Assembly (NCBI RefSeq): GCF_009914755.1
Contig: NC_060946.1
Origin: the human T2T-CHM13v2.0 reference genome, Homo sapiens
DNA: 64,000 bases
Reading direction: 5' to 3' (one strand)
Shown here: positions 27,333 to 40,212 of the stretch, piece after piece
Layout: each line of letters opens with the position of its first letter
Numbering within the stretch: the stretch's first letter is position 1
Made by a program: the position numbers and the translations under genes
Notes under the pieces: model-generated
Seen by the model: the letters and a program-made list of their open reading frames with translations, nothing else
Told to the model about the DNA's origin: nothing
Databases searched by the model: none

Positions 27333-28354
27333 GATATGAAGATATTCCCGTTTCCAACGAAATCTTCAAATCTATCCAAATGTCCACTTGCAGATTCAAC
27401 AAAAAGTGTTTTTCAGAACTGCTGTATCAAAAGAAAGATCCACGTCTGTTAGCTGAGTTCACACATCACAAACAAGTTTATGAGAATGCTTCTGTCTAGT
27501 TTTTATTTGAAGATATTTCCTTTCTCACCATAGACCTGAAAGCTGTCCTAATGTTCACTTCCAGATACTACAGAAAGAGTGTTTCAAAACTGCTGTACGA
27601 AAGGGAATTTTCAACCCTGTGACTTGAATGCACACATCACAAAGAAGTTTCTGAGGATGCTGCTGTCTACTTTTTATACGTAATCCCGTTTCCAACGAAA
27701 TCCTCCAAGCTATCCAAATATCCACTTGCAGATTCCACAGAAAGACTGTTTCAAAACTGCTCTGTCAATAGAAAGGTTCAACTCTGTTAGCTGCGTGCAT
27801 ATATCCCAAAGAAGATTCTGAGATTGCTTCTGTCTAGTTTTTATGGGAAGATATTTCCCTTTTCACCGTAGGCGTCAAGGCGCTCCAAATGTCCACTTCC
27901 AGATACTACAAAAAGAGTGTTTCAAACCTACTCTGTGAAAGGGAATATTCAACTCTGTGACTTGAATGCACATATCACAAAGAAGTTTCTGAGAATGCTT
28001 CTGTCGAGATTTTATATGAAGATATTCCCGTTTCCAACGAAATCCTGAAATCTATCCAAATATCCCCTCGCAGATTCTACAAAAAGAGTGTTTCAAAACT
28101 GCTCTGTAAAAAGAAAGGTTCAACTCTGTTAGTTGAGTACACACATCACAAACAAGTTTCACAGAATGCTTCTTTCTAGCTTGTAGGGGAAGATATTCCC
28201 TTTATCACCATGGGCCTCCAAACGTCCGAAACGTCCACTTCCATATACTACAAAAAGAGCGTTTCAAACCTGCTCTAGGAAAGGCAATGTTCAACTCTGT
28301 GACTTGAATGCAGACATCACAGAGCAGTTTCTGAGAATGCTTCTGTCTAGATTT
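27333..28354 (-). repeat. 6-monomer (1022-bp) HOR deletion variant, junction type 1
   Basis: Marker spacing 27237 to 29623 = 2386 = 1364+1022. Chimeric monomer: cagacatcacagagcag (box-4 monomer) joins atttgatatg...aatcttcaaatct (box-1 monomer). Confidence 0.95.
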
Positions 28355-30194
28355 GATATGAAGATATTCCCGTTTCCAACGAAATCTTCAAATCTATCCA
28401 AATGTCCACTTGCAGATTCAACAAAAAGTGTTTTTCAGAACTGCTGTATCAAAAGAAAGATCCACGTCTGTTAGCTGAGTTCACACATCACAAACAAGTT
28501 TATGAGAATGCTTCTGTCTAGTTTTTATTTGAAGATATTTCCTTTCTCACCATAGACCTGAAAGCTGTCTTAATGTTCACTTCCAGATACTACAGAAAGA
28601 GTGTTTCAAAACTGCTGTACGAAAGGGAATGTTCAACTCTGTGACTTGAATGCACACATCACAAAGAAGTTTCTGAGGATGCTGCTGTCTACTTTTTATA
28701 CGTAATCCCGTTTCCAACGAAATCCTCCAAGCTATCCAAATATCCACTTGCAGATTCCACAGAAAGACTGTTTCAAAACTGCTCTGTCAATAGAAAGGTT
28801 CAACTCTGTTAGCTGCGTGCATATATCCCGAAGAAGATTCTGAGATTGCTTCTGTCTAGTTTTTATGGGAAGATATTTCCCTTTTCACCGTAGGCGTCAA
28901 GGCGCTCCAAATGTCCACTTCCAGATACTACAAAAAGAGTGTTTCAAACCTACTCTGTGAAAGGGAATATTCAACTCTGTGACTTGAATGCACATATCAC
29001 AAAGAAGTTTCTGAGAATGCTTCTGTCGAGATTTTATATGAAGATATTCCCGTTTCCAACGAAATCCTGAAATCTATCCAAATATCCCCTCGCAGATTCT
29101 ACAAAAAGAGTGTTTCAAAACTGCTCTGTAAAAAGAAAGGTTCAACTCTGTTAGTTGAGTACACACATCACAAACAAGTTTCACAGAATGCTTCTTTCTA
29201 GCTTGTAGGGGAAGATATTCCCTTTATCACCATGGTCCTCAAACCGTCCGAAACGTCCACTTCCATATACTACAAAAAGAGCGTTTCAAACCTGCTCTAG
29301 GAAAGGCAATGTTCAACTCTGTGACTTGAATGCAGACATCACAGAGCAGTTTCTGAGAATGCTTCTGTCTAGATTTTATAGGAAGATATTCCCGTTTCCA
29401 ACGAAATCTTCACAGCTATCCAAATATCCACTTGCAGATTCTACAAAAAGAGTGTATCAAAACTGCTCTGTCAAAAGGAAGGTTCTTCTCTGTTAGGTGA
29501 GTGCATACGTCATAAAGGAGTTTCTGAGAATGTTTCTGTCTAGTGGTTATGGGAAGATATTTGCTTTTTCACCGTAGGCCTCAGAGCGCTCCAAATATCC
29601 ACTTGCACATACTACAAAAAGAGTGCCTCAGAGCTGCTCTCTGAAACGGAATGTTCAACTCTATGAGTTGAATGCAAACATCACAAAGACGTTTCTGAGA
29701 ATGCTTCTGTCTAGATTTGATATGAAGATATTCCCGTTTCCAACGAAATCTTCAAATCTATCCAAATGTCCACTTGCAGATTCAACAAAAAGTGTTTTTC
29801 AGAACTGCTCTATCAAAAGAAAGATCCACCTCTGTTAGCTGAGTTCACACATCACAAACAAGTTTATGAGAATGCTTCTGTCTAGTTTTTATTTGAAGAT
29901 ATTTCCTTTCTCACCATAGACCTGAAAGCTGTCCTAATGTTCACTTCCAGATACTACAGAAAGAGTGTTTCAAAACTGCTGTACGAAAGGGAATGTTCAA
30001 CCCTGTGACTTGAATGCACACATCACAAAGAAGTTTCTGAGGATGCTGCTGTCTACTTTTTATACGTAATCCCGTTTCCAACGAAATCCTCCAAGCTATC
30101 CAAATATCCACTTGCAGATTCCACAGAAAGACTGTTTCAAAACTGCTCTGTCAATAGAAAGGTTCAACTCTGTTAGCTGCGTGCATATATCCCG

Positions 30195-33100
30195 AAGAAG
30201 ATTCTGAGATTGCTTCTGTCTAGTTTTTATGGGAAGATATTTCCCTTTTCACCGTAGGCGTCAAGGCGCTCCAAATGTCCACTTCCAGATACTACAAAAA
30301 GAGTGTTTCAAACCTACTCTGTGAAAGGGAATATTCAACTCTGTGACTTGAATGCACATATCACAAAGAAGTTTCTGAGAATGCTTCTGTCGAGATTTTA
30401 TATGAAGATATTCCCGTTTCCAACGAAATCCTGAAATCTATCCAAATATCCCCTCGCAGATTCTACAAAAAGAGTGTTTCAAAACTGCTCTGTAAAAAGA
30501 AAGGTTCAACTCTGTTAGTTGAGTACACACATCACAAACAAGTTTCACAGAATGCTTCTTTCTAGCTTGTAGGGGAAGATATTCCCTTTATCACCATGGG
30601 CCTCCAAACGTCCGAAACGTCCACTTCCATATACTACAAAAAGAGCGTTTCAAACCTGCTCTAGGAAAGGCAATGTTCAACTCTGTGACTTGAATGCAGA
30701 CATCACAGAGCAGTTTCTGAGAATGCTTCTGTCTAGATTTTATAGGAAGATATTCCCGTTTCCAACGAAATCTTCACAGCTATCCAAATATCCACTTGCA
30801 GATTCTACAAAAAGAGTGTATCAAAACTGCTCTGTCAAAAGGAAGGTTCTTCTCTGTTAGGTGAGTGCATACGTCATAAAGGAGTTTCTGAGAATGTTTC
30901 TGTCTAGTGGTTATGGGAAGATATTTGCTTTTTCACCGTAGGCCTCAGAGCGCTCCAAATATCCACTTGCACATACTACAAAAAGAGTGCCTCAGAGCTG
31001 CTCTCTGAAACGGAATGTTCAACTCTATGAGTTGAATGCAAACATCACAAAGACGTTTCTGAGAATGCTTCTGTCTAGATTTGATATGAAGATATTCCCG
31101 TTTCCAACGAAATCTTCAAATCTATCCAAATGTCCACTTGCAGATTCAACAAAAAGTGTTTTTCAGAACTGCTCTATCAAAAGAAAGATCCACCTCTGTT
31201 AGCTGAGTTCACACATCACAAACAAGTTTATGAGAATGCTTCTGTCTAGTTTTTATTTGAAGATATTTCCTTTCTCACCATAGACCTGAAAGCTGTCCTA
31301 ATGTTCACTTCCAGATACTACAGAAAGAGTGTTTCAAAACTGCTGTACGAAAGGGAATGTTCAACTCTGTGACTTGAATGCACACATCACAAAGAAGTTT
31401 CTGAGGATGCTGCTGTCTACTTTTTATACGTAATCCCGTTTCCAACGAAATCCTCCAAGCTATCCAAATATCCACTTGCAGATTCCACAGAAAGACTGTT
31501 TCAAAACTGCTCTGTCAATAGAAAGGTTCAACTCTGTTAGCTGCGTGCATATATCCCAAAGAAGATTCTGAGATTCCTTCTGTCTAGTTTTTATGGGAAG
31601 ATATTTCCCTTTTCACCGTAGGCGTCAAGGCGCTCCAAATGTCCACTTCCAGATACTACAAAAAGAGTGTTTCAAACCTACTCTGTGAAAGCGAATATTC
31701 AACTCTGTGACTTGAATGCACATATCACAAAGAAGTTTCTGAGAATGCTTCTGTCGAGATTTTATATGAAGATATTCCCGTTTCCAACGAAATCCTGAAA
31801 TCTATCCAAATATCCCCTCGCAGATTCTACAAAAAGAGTGTTTCAAAACTGCTCTGTAAAAAGAAAGGTTCAACTCTGTTAGTTGAGTACACACATCACA
31901 AACAAGTTTCACAGAATGCTTCTTTCTAGCTTGTAGGGGACGATATTCCCTTTATCACCATGGTCCTCAAACCGTCCGAAACGTCCACTTCCATATACTA
32001 CAAAAAGAGCGTTTCAAACCTGCTCTAGGAAAGGCAATGTTCAACTCTGTGACTTGAATGCAGACATCACAGAGCAGTTTCTGAGAATGCTTCTGTCTAG
32101 ATTTTATAGGAAGATATTCCCGTTTCCAACGAAATCTTCACAGCTATCCAAATATCCACTTGCAGATTCTACAAAAAGAGTGTATCAAAACTGCTCTGTC
32201 AAAAGGAAGGTTCTTCTCTGTTAGGTGAGTGCATACGTCATAAAGGAGTTTCTGAGAATGTTTCTGTCTAGTGGTTATGGGAAGATATTTGCTTTTTCAC
32301 CGTAGGCCTCAGAGCGCTCCAAATATCCACTTGCACATACTACAAAAAGAGTGCCTCAAAGCTGCTCTCTGAAACGGAATGTTCAACTCTATGAGTTGAA
32401 TGCAAACATCACAAAGACGTTTCTGAGAATGCTTCTGTCTAGATTTGATATGAAGATATTCCCGTTTCCAACGAAATCTTCAAATCTATCCAAATGTCCA
32501 CTTGCAGATTCAACAAAAAGTGTTTTTCAGAACTGCTGTATCAAAAGAAAGATCCACGTCTGTTAGCTGAGTTCACACATCACAAACAAGTTTATGAGAA
32601 TGCTTCTGTCTAGTTTTTATTTGAAGATATTTCCTTTCTCACCATAGACCTGAAAGCTGTCCTAATGTTCACTTCCAGATACTACAGAAAGAGTGTTTCA
32701 AAACTGCTGTACGAAAGGGAATTTTCAACCCTGTGACTTGAATGCACACATCACAAAGAAGTTTCTGAGGATGCTGCTGTCTACTTTTTATACGTAATCC
32801 CGTTTCCAACGAAATCCTCCAAGCTATCCAAATATCCACTTGCAGATTCCACAGAAAGACTGTTTCAAAACTGCTCTGTCAATAGAAAGGTTCAACTCTG
32901 TTAGCTGCGTGCATATATCCCAAAGAAGATTCTGAGATTGCTTCTGTCTAGTTTTTATGGGAAGATATTTCCCTTTTCACCGTAGGCGTCAAGGCGCTCC
33001 AAATGTCCACTTCCAGATACTACAAAAAGAGTGTTTCAAACCTACTCTGTGAAAGGGAATATTCAACTCTGTGACTTGAATGCACATATCACAAAGAAGT

Positions 33101-36100
33101 TTCTGAGAATGCTTCTGTCGAGATTTTATATGAAGATATTCCCGTTTCCAACGAAATCCTGAAATCTATCCAAATATCCCCTCGCAGATTCTACAAAAAG
33201 AGTGTTTCAAAACTGCTCTGTAAAAAGAAAGGTTCAACTCTGTTAGTTGAGTACACACATCACAAACAAGTTTCACAGAATGCTTCTTTCTAGCTTGTAG
33301 GGGAAGATATTCCCTTTATCACCATGGGCCTCCAAACGTCCGAAACGTCCACTTCCATATACTACAAAAAGAGCGTTTCAAACCTGCTCTAGGAAAGGCA
33401 ATGTTCAACTCTGTGACTTGAATGCAGACATCACAGAGCAGTTTCTGAGAATGCTTCTGTCTAGATTTTATAGGAAGATATTCCCGTTTCCAACGAAATC
33501 TTCACAGCTATCCAAATATCCACTTGCAGATTCTACAAAAAGAGTGTATCAAAACTGCTCTGTCAAAAGGAAGGTTCTTCTCTGTTAGGTGAGTGCATAC
33601 GTCATAAAGGAGTTTCTGAGAATGTTTCTGTCTAGTGGTTATGGGAAGATATTTGCTTTTTCACCGTAGGCCTCAGAGCGCTCCAAATATCCACTTGCAC
33701 ATACTACAAAAAGAGTGCCTCAGAGCTGCTCTCTGAAACGGAATGTTCAACTCTATGAGTTGAATGCAAACATCACAAAGACGTTTCTGAGAATGCTTCT
33801 GTCTAGATTTGATATGAAGATATTCCCGTTTCCAACGAAATCTTCAAATCTATCCAAATGTCCACTTGCAGATTCAACAAAAAGTGTTTTTCAGAACTGC
33901 TCTATCAAAAGAAAGATCCACCTCTGTTAGCTGAGTTCACACATCACAAACAAGTTTATGAGAATGCTTCTGTCTAGTTTTTATTTGAAGATATTTCCTT
34001 TCTCACCATAGACCTGAAAGCTGTCCTAATGTTCACTTCCAGATACTACAGAAAGAGTGTTTCAAAACTGCTGTACGAAAGGGAATGTTCAACTCTGTGA
34101 CTTGAATGCACACATCACAAAGAAGTTTCTGAGGATGCTGCTGTCTACTTTTTATACGTAATCCCGTTTCCAACGAAATCCTCCAAGCTATCCAAATATC
34201 CACTTGCAGATTCCACAGAAAGACTGTTTCAAAACTGCTCTGTCAATAGAAAGGTTCAACTCTGTTAGCTGCGTGCATATATCCCAAAGAAGATTCTGAG
34301 ATTGCTTCTGTCTAGTTTTTATGGGAAGATATTTCCCTTTTCACCGTAGGCGTCAAGGCGCTCCAAATGTCCACTTCCAGATACTACAAAAAGAGTGTTT
34401 CAAACCTACTCTGTGAAAGGGAATATTCAACTCTGTGACTTGAATGCACATATCACAAAGAAGTTTCTGAGAATGCTTCTGTCGAGATTTTATATGAAGA
34501 TATTCCCGTTTCCAACGAAATCCTGAAATCTATCCAAATATCCCCTCGCAGATTCTACAAAAAGAGTGTTTCAAAACTGCTCTGTAAAAAGAAAGGTTCA
34601 ACTCTGTTAGTTGAGTACACACATCACAAACAAGTTTCACAGAATGCTTCTTTCTAGCTTGTAGGGGAAGATATTCCCTTTATCACCATGGGCCTCCAAA
34701 CGTCCGAAACGTCCACTTCCATATACTACAAAAAGAGCGTTTCAAACCTGCTCTAGGAAAGGCAATGTTCAACTCTGTGACTTGAATGCAGACATCACAG
34801 AGCAGTTTCTGAGAATGCTTCTGTCTAGATTTTATAGGAAGATATTCCCGTTTCCAACGAAATCTTCACAGCTATCCAAATATCCACTTGCAGATTCTAC
34901 AAAAAGAGTGTATCAAAACTGCTCTGTCAAAAGGAAGGTTCTTCTCTGTTAGGTGAGTGCATACGTCATAAAGGAGTTTCTGAGAATGTTTCTGTCTAGT
35001 GGTTATGGGAAGATATTTGCTTTTTCACCGTAGGCCTCAGAGCGCTCCAAATATCCACTTGCACATACTACAAAAAGAGTGCCTCAGAGCTGCTCTCTGA
35101 AACGGAATGTTCAACTCTATGAGTTGAATGCAAACATCACAAAGACGTTTCTGAGAATGCTTCTGTCTAGATTTGATATGAAGATATTCCCGTTTCCAAC
35201 GAAATCTTCAAATCTATCCAAATGTCCACTTGCAGATTCAACAAAAAGTGTTTTTCAGAACTGCTCTATCAAAAGAAAGATCCACCTCTGTTAGCTGAGT
35301 TCACACATCACAAACAAGTTTATGAGAATGCTTCTGTCTAGTTTTTATTTGAAGATATTTCCTTTCTCACCATAGACCTGAAAGCTGTCCTAATGTTCAC
35401 TTCCAGATACTACAGAAAGAGTGTTTCAAAACTGCTGTACGAAAGGGAATGTTCAACTCTGTGACTTGAATGCACACATCACAAAGAAGTTTCTGAGGAT
35501 GCTGCTGTCTACTTTTTATACGTAATCCCGTTTCCAACGAAATCCTCCAAGCTATCCAAATATCCACTTGCAGATTCCACAGAAAGACTGTTTCAAAACT
35601 GCTCTGTCAATAGAAAGGTTCAACTCTGTTAGCTGCGTGCATATATCCCAAAGAAGATTCTGAGATTCCTTCTGTCTAGTTTTTATGGGAAGATATTTCC
35701 CTTTTCACCGTAGGCGTCAAGGCGCTCCAAATGTCCACTTCCAGATACTACAAAAAGAGTGTTTCAAACCTACTCTGTGAAAGCGAATATTCAACTCTGT
35801 GACTTGAATGCACATATCACAAAGAAGTTTCTGAGAATGCTTCTGTCGAGATTTTATATGAAGATATTCCCGTTTCCAACGAAATCCTGAAATCTATCCA
35901 AATATCCCCTCGCAGATTCTACAAAAAGAGTGTTTCAAAACTGCTCTGTAAAAAGAAAGGTTCAACTCTGTTAGTTGAGTACACACATCACAAACAAGTT
36001 TCACAGAATGCTTCTTTCTAGCTTGTAGGGGACGATATTCCCTTTATCACCATGGTCCTCAAACCGTCCGAAACGTCCACTTCCATATACTACAAAAAGA

Positions 36101-39100
36101 GCGTTTCAAACCTGCTCTAGGAAAGGCAATGTTCAACTCTGTGACTTGAATGCAGACATCACAGAGCAGTTTCTGAGAATGCTTCTGTCTAGATTTTATA
36201 GGAAGATATTCCCGTTTCCAACGAAATCTTCACAGCTATCCAAATATCCACTTGCAGATTCTACAAAAAGAGTGTATCAAAACTGCTCTGTCAAAAGGAA
36301 GGTTCTTCTCTGTTAGGTGAGTGCATACGTCATAAAGGAGTTTCTGAGAATGTTTCTGTCTAGTGGTTATGGGAAGATATTTGCTTTTTCACCGTAGGCC
36401 TCAGAGCGCTCCAAATATCCACTTGCACATACTACAAAAAGAGTGCCTCAAAGCTGCTCTCTGAAACGGAATGTTCAACTCTATGAGTTGAATGCAAACA
36501 TCACAAAGACGTTTCTGAGAATGCTTCTGTCTAGATTTGATATGAAGATATTCCCGTTTCCAACGAAATCTTCAAATCTATCCAAATGTCCACTTGCAGA
36601 TTCAACAAAAAGTGTTTTTCAGAACTGCTGTATCAAAAGAAAGATCCACGTCTGTTAGCTGAGTTCACACATCACAAACAAGTTTATGAGAATGCTTCTG
36701 TCTAGTTTTTATTTGAAGATATTTCCTTTCTCACCATAGACCTGAAAGCTGTCCTAATGTTCACTTCCAGATACTACAGAAAGAGTGTTTCAAAACTGCT
36801 GTACGAAAGGGAATTTTCAACCCTGTGACTTGAATGCACACATCACAAAGAAGTTTCTGAGGATGCTGCTGTCTACTTTTTATACGTAATCCCGTTTCCA
36901 ACGAAATCCTCCAAGCTATCCAAATATCCACTTGCAGATTCCACAGAAAGACTGTTTCAAAACTGCTCTGTCAATAGAAAGGTTCAACTCTGTTAGCTGC
37001 GTGCATATATCCCAAAGAAGATTCTGAGATTGCTTCTGTCTAGTTTTTATGGGAAGATATTTCCCTTTTCACCGTAGGCGTCAAGGCGCTCCAAATGTCC
37101 ACTTCCAGATACTACAAAAAGAGTGTTTCAAACCTACTCTGTGAAAGGGAATATTCAACTCTGTGACTTGAATGCACATATCACAAAGAAGTTTCTGAGA
37201 ATGCTTCTGTCGAGATTTTATATGAAGATATTCCCGTTTCCAACGAAATCCTGAAATCTATCCAAATATCCCCTCGCAGATTCTACAAAAAGAGTGTTTC
37301 AAAACTGCTCTGTAAAAAGAAAGGTTCAACTCTGTTAGTTGAGTACACACATCACAAACAAGTTTCACAGAATGCTTCTTTCTAGCTTGTAGGGGAAGAT
37401 ATTCCCTTTATCACCATGGGCCTCCAAACGTCCGAAACGTCCACTTCCATATACTACAAAAAGAGCGTTTCAAACCTGCTCTAGGAAAGGCAATGTTCAA
37501 CTCTGTGACTTGAATGCAGACATCACAGAGCAGTTTCTGAGAATGCTTCTGTCTAGATTTTATAGGAAGATATTCCCGTTTCCAACGAAATCTTCACAGC
37601 TATCCAAATATCCACTTGCAGATTCTACAAAAAGAGTGTATCAAAACTGCTCTGGCAAAAGGAAGGTTCTTCTCTGTTAGGTGAGTGCATACGTCATAAA
37701 GGAGTTTCTGAGAATGTTTCTGTCTAGTGGTTATGGGAAGATATTTGCTTTTTCACCGTAGGCCTCAGAGCGCTCCAAATATCCACTTGCACATACTACA
37801 AAAAGAGTGCCTCAGAGCTGCTCTCTGAAACGGAATGTTCAACTCTATGAGTTGAATGCAAACATCACAAAGACGTTTCTGAGAATGCTTCTGTCTAGAT
37901 TTGATATGAAGATATTCCCGTTTCCAACGAAATCTTCAAATCTATCCAAATGTCCACTTGCAGATTCAACAAAAAGTGTTTTTCAGAACTGCTCTATCAA
38001 AAGAAAGATCCACCTCTGTTAGCTGAGTTCACACATCACAAACAAGTTTATGAGAATGCTTCTGTCTAGTTTTTATTTGAAGATATTTCCTTTCTCACCA
38101 TAGACCTGAAAGCTGTCCTAATGTTCACTTCCAGATACTACAGAAAGAGTGTTTCAAAACTGCTGTACGAAAGGGAATGTTCAACTCTGTGACTTGAATG
38201 CACACATCACAAAGAAGTTTCTGAGGATGCTGCTGTCTACTTTTTATACGTAATCCCGTTTCCAACGAAATCCTCCAAGCTATCCAAATATCCACTTGCA
38301 GATTCCACAGAAAGACTGTTTCAAAACTGCTCTGTCAATAGAAAGGTTCAACTCTGTTAGCTGCGTGCATATATCCCAAAGAAGATTCTGAGATTGCTTC
38401 TGTCTAGTTTTTATGGGAAGATATTTCCCTTTTCACCGTAGGCGTCAAGGCGCTCCAAATGTCCACTTCCAGATACTACAAAAAGAGTGTTTCAAACCTA
38501 CTCTGTGAAAGGGAATATTCAACTCTGTGACTTGAATGCACATATCACAAAGAAGTTTCTGAGAATGCTTCTGTCGAGATTTTATATGAAGATATTCCCG
38601 TTTCCAACGAAATCCTGAAATCTATCCAAATATCCCCTCGCAGATTCTACAAAAAGAGTGTTTCAAAACTGCTCTGTAAAAAGAAAGGTTCAACTCTGTT
38701 AGTTGAGTACACACATCACAAACAAGTTTCACAGAATGCTTCTTTCTAGCTTGTAGGGGAAGATATTCCCTTTATCACCATGGGCCTCCAAACGTCCGAA
38801 ACGTCCACTTCCATATACTACAAAAAGAGCGTTTCAAACCTGCTCTAGGAAAGGCAATGTTCAACTCTGTGACTTGAATGCAGACATCACAGAGCAGTTT
38901 CTGAGAATGCTTCTGTCTAGATTTTATAGGAAGATATTCCCGTTTCCAACGAAATCTTCACAGCTATCCAAATATCCACTTGCAGATTCTACAAAAAGAG
39001 TGTATCAAAACTGCTCTGTCAAAAGGAAGGTTCTTCTCTGTTAGGTGAGTGCATACGTCATAAAGGAGTTTCTGAGAATGTTTCTGTCTAGTGGTTATGG

Positions 39101-39408
39101 GAAGATATTTGCTTTTTCACCGTAGGCCTCAGAGCGCTCCAAATATCCACTTGCACATACTACAAAAAGAGTGCCTCAGAGCTGCTCTCTGAAACGGAAT
39201 GTTCAACTCTATGAGTTGAATGCAAACATCACAAAGACGTTTCTGAGAATGCTTCTGTCTAGATTTGATATGAAGATATTCCCGTTTCCAACGAAATCTT
39301 CAAATCTATCCAAATGTCCACTTGCAGATTCAACAAAAAGTGTTTTTCAGAACTGCTCTATCAAAAGAAAGATCCACCTCTGTTAGCTGAGTTCACACAT
39401 CACAAACA
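30195..39408. repeat. Local 4092-bp (3-HOR) tandem duplication
   Basis: Private allele ggggaCgatatt at 31941 and 36033 (4092 apart). Haplotype order B-A-hybrid is repeated. Boundaries are approximate, set by the flanking mismatches at 30194 and 39409. Confidence 0.8.
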
Positions 39409-40212
39409 TGTTTATGAGAATGCTTCTGTCTAGTTTTTATTTGAAGATATTTCCTTTCTCACCATAGACCTGAAAGCTGTCCTAATGTTCACTTCCAGAT
39501 ACTACAGAAAGAGTGTTTCAAAACTGCTGTACGAAAGGGAATGTTCAACTCTGTGACTTGAATGCACACATCACAAAGAAGTTTCTGAGGATGCTGCTGT
39601 CTACTTTTTATACGTAATCCCGTTTCCAACGAAATCCTCCAAGCTATCCAAATATCCACTTGCAGATTCCACAGAAAGACTGTTTCAAAACTGCTCTGTC
39701 AATAGAAAGGTTCAACTCTGTTAGCTGCGTGCATATATCCCAAAGAAGATTCTGAGATTGCTTCTGTCTAGTTTTTATGGGAAGATATTTCCCTTTTCAC
39801 CGTAGGCGTCAAGGCCCTCCAAATGTCCACTTCCAGATACTACAAAAAGAGTGTTTCAAACCTACTCTGTGAAAGCGAATATTCAACTCTGTGACTTGAA
39901 TGCACATATCACAAAGAAGTTTCTGAGAATGCTTCTGTCGAGATTTTATATGAAGATATTCCCGTTTCCAACGAAATCCTGAAATCTATCCAAATATCCC
40001 CTCGCAGATTCTACAAAAAGAGTGTTTCAAAACTGCTCTGTAAAAAGAAAGGTTCAACTCTGTTAGTTGAGTACACACATCACAAACAAGTTTCACAGAA
40101 TGCTTCTTTCTAGCTTGTAGGGGAAGATATTCCCTTTATCACCATGGTCCTCAAACCGTCCGAAACGTCCACTTCCATATACTACAAAAAGAGCGTTTCA
40201 AACCTGCTCTAG

